DNA from: Actinomycetota bacterium
GTDB lineage: Bacteria; Actinomycetota; CADDZG01; WHSQ01
Reading direction: 5' to 3'
NCBI GenBank assembly: GCA_050693975.1
Contig: JBOGWV010000177.1
Span: 624 to 64,623, forward strand
Length of the DNA stretch: 64,000 nt
Part shown: positions 62,290 through 64,000 of the stretch, one piece after another
Numbering within the stretch: the stretch's first letter is position 1
Layout of the letters: each line of letters starts with the position of its first letter
The notes under the pieces: generated by a model
What the model was told of the DNA's origin: nothing
The model's input: only the letters and a program-made list of their open reading frames with translations
Databases searched by the model: none
Made by a program: the position numbers and the translations under genes

Positions 62290-62891
62290 TGGCAACCCAA
62301 GAGGTCTCGACGGCGGCGACCGAACACCACACGTCGACGGGGCTTGACAACACCAAGATGGGGATGTGGGCCTTCCTCGGGTCCGAGTGTCTCTTCTTCG
62401 GCTCGCTCATCTCGACCTATCTGCTTTACCGCAACGAGGCCGGCAGCGGACCCACGAAGGAGGATCTGTACGACATCCCCTACACGTCGGTCAGCTCTTT
62501 CGTGCTGCTGATGTCGTCGTTGACCATGGTTCTGGCGCTGTCCGCAATCCAGCGGAGGGACGAGCGGGGGATGCGTGCCTGGCTTCTCGCGACCGCATTG
62601 CTAGGCATGGTGTTCATCGGGGGCCAGATCTACGAGTTCACCGAGTTCGCGCACGAGGGCTTGAGTCTCAGCGCGAGCACGTTCGGTTCGAGCTTCTTCG
62701 TGCTGACCGGCTTCCACGGTGCTCACGTCACGGTCGGCATCCTCATGTTGATGCTGCTGGTCGGGATGTCCATGTTCGGCCGCCTCGGGGACGACGCGCC
62801 CCGCAAGGTCGAGCTGATCGGTCTTTACTGGCACTTCGTCGACATCATCTGGATCATCATCTTTACCGTGGTCTATCTCATACCGCAGTAG
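62289..62891 (+). CDS. ctaE: Cytochrome c oxidase subunit III (operon copy)
   Basis: TAATG overlap with ctaD. Contains MGMWAFLGSECLFFGSLI, FHGAHVTVG, WHFVDIIWIIIF. Confidence 0.85.
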   Translation: MATQEVSTAATEHHTSTGLDNTKMGMWAFLGSECLFFGSLISTYLLYRNEAGSGPTKEDLYDIPYTSVSSFVLLMSSLTMVLALSAIQRRDERGMRAWLLATALLGMVFIGGQIYEFTEFAHEGLSLSASTFGSSFFVLTGFHGAHVTVGILMLMLLVGMSMFGRLGDDAPRKVELIGLYWHFVDIIWIIIFTVVYLIPQ

Positions 62892-62920
62892 GAACAGGGA
62901 GACTGAGCGTCGTGAGTCAC

Positions 62921-63256
62921 ATGGCCGAAGAACAAGAAGAAGTCGAGCTGGCGCACCATCCCCAGCCTCGCCAGTACGTGACAATTGCGGTCATCCTGGC
63001 GGCCGTCACCGCCGTTGAGGTAGCGATTTTCTACATTGAGGCTCTGCAGGGTGTGATCGTCCCTCTGCTGCTCGTGCTGTCGGTTGCGAAGTTCGTCATG
63101 GTCGTCGCGTACTTCATGCACCTGAAGTTCGACAGCAAGTTGTTCAAGTACCTGTTCGTCACGGGTCTGGGGTTCGCGCTTTTCGTCTTCGCCATCGTGC
63201 TGGTGATCTTCTTCATCGCCAACGGGGGGCCGCTCCCCGGTGGCGCGACCGGTTAG
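62921..63256 (+). CDS. ctaF: Cytochrome c oxidase subunit IV (Bacillus CtaF/COX4_pro type)
   Basis: ATG inside a longer spurious ORF. Contains YVTIAVILAAVTAVEVAIFY...VAKFVMVVAYFMHLKFD, the conserved FMHL motif. Three TMs. Confidence 0.75.
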   Translation: MAEEQEEVELAHHPQPRQYVTIAVILAAVTAVEVAIFYIEALQGVIVPLLLVLSVAKFVMVVAYFMHLKFDSKLFKYLFVTGLGFALFVFAIVLVIFFIANGGPLPGGATG

Positions 63257-63265
63257 CGGCAAGTG

Positions 63266-64000
63266 ATGTCGCTGGCTCAAGCGACGGCCGAACTCGCCGC
63301 CACGGCCCCAAATCCTTGGGCCTGGCATCCCCACCCGGAGATCTGGGTCGCCCTCGTCGTGCTGGCGGCCGGCTATGCGTGGGCGGTCAACGTGCTGGGC
63401 CCAAGACGCGTGGGCGAAGGCGAAAAGCCCGCAACGCCGACACAGGTGTTCAGCTTCTACTCAGGGATCATTGTGCTGTGGTTCTCGGCCGACTGGCCGG
63501 TCCACGACCTCGCCGAGAACTATCTCTTCAGCGTCCACATGATCCAGCACCTGGCCTTCATTCTCGTGGTGCCACCGCTGCTGTTGATGGGGATGCCTCG
63601 CTGGCTGCTGCGATCACTCATCGGATCGGGCCTTCGCTTCAAGCTGATGCGCGTGATTACAAAACCCGTGGTTGCGCTCGTCGCCTTCAACCTGCTCATG
63701 GCATTCATCCACTGGCCGGCGATCGTCGCTATTCAAACGTCATCGACCCCGGGGCACGGAGCGATTCACGCGCTGATCATCGGCGTGTCGATCATCGGGT
63801 GGTGGCCCGTCGTTGCTCCGCTCCCGGAGATGGGCCGCATGAGCGAGATGGGCAAGATGCTCTACCTGTTCCTGACTTCGATCGTGCCGACGGTTCCCGC
63901 GTCGTTTCTCACGTTTGCCGAAGGGGTGCTCTACAAGCATTACGAGACCGTCGACCGGCTGTGGGGGATCGATGCCTCCACCGATCAGATGATCGCGGGT
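63266..64000 (+). CDS. ctaG: Cytochrome c oxidase assembly factor CtaG (caa3_CtaG family), 3' end beyond the window
   Basis: Absent from the ORF track because there is no stop in the window. Translation MSLAQATAELAA...SVHMIQHLAFILVVPPLLLMG..., multi-TM. The frame is open to nt 64000. Confidence 0.8.
   Translation, partial: MSLAQATAELAATAPNPWAWHPHPEIWVALVVLAAGYAWAVNVLGPRRVGEGEKPATPTQVFSFYSGIIVLWFSADWPVHDLAENYLFSVHMIQHLAFILVVPPLLLMGMPRWLLRSLIGSGLRFKLMRVITKPVVALVAFNLLMAFIHWPAIVAIQTSSTPGHGAIHALIIGVSIIGWWPVVAPLPEMGRMSEMGKMLYLFLTSIVPTVPASFLTFAEGVLYKHYETVDRLWGIDASTDQMIAG

Overview
The window is visibly G+C-rich and densely coding, and it looks like chromosomal core from an Actinomycetota-like organism. 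Supporting this are mshA for mycothiol, the actinobacterial ribosomal protein bS22, MarP, a rex-hemACDB operon, and an Rv0500A/Rv0500B/galE2-like neighbourhood. I found no rRNA, tRNA, CRISPR array, transposase or prophage.

Gene content, left to right:
- two acyl-CoA dehydrogenases
- a DtxR-family repressor and a secreted M23 peptidase
- a BKACE enzyme
- an RsiG-like two-helix protein
- a repeat-rich, membrane-anchored disordered protein
- an XRE regulator with an HbhA-like protein
- mshA
- proline dehydrogenase and proC
- a GNAT and an HDAC-family deacetylase
- MarP
- a membrane-bound GGDEF + HD-GYP protein
- a small HTH protein, a Clp1-like P-loop protein and bS22
- lipid and sugar enzymes
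- a sulfite reductase and APS reductase operon
- a Crp-family regulator with a P-type ATPase
- TlpA and CcdA
- rex-hemA-hemC-cobA/hemD-hemB-hemL

The right third (42-64 kb) is a respiratory island. It holds a Rieske/cytochrome b cluster with a split cytochrome b and an extra 2x[4Fe-4S] protein. It also holds a complete System I (Ccm) cytochrome c maturation cluster and a caa3-type ctaC-D-E-F-G oxidase operon, plus an orphan ctaE.

Findings most worth follow-up:
1. A 25-33 bp G+C-rich repeat occurs five times, always inside coding sequence (sirA, hemA, ccmC). It appears in three different reading contexts, and one 30/30 nt match links hemA and ccmC.
2. A 20-bp palindrome, GCGATCGTC-GA-GACGATCGC, occurs three times, each in a short gap in front of a respiratory-island gene.
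3. The Ccm system is a variant. CcmE has Cys in place of the heme-binding His (AKCPSKF), and CcmH has SxxC...C in place of CxxC. Unrelated genes are embedded in the cluster.
4. An RsiG-like protein carries two E-x3-S-x2-R-x3-H-x3-D motifs.
5. Several short genes were missed by the 60-aa ORF cutoff: bS22, ccmD, a 59-aa lipoprotein, and a zinc-ribbon plus micropeptide pair.

All functional calls rest on motifs and family signatures read from the translations, and on remembered synteny. No alignments or searches were run.
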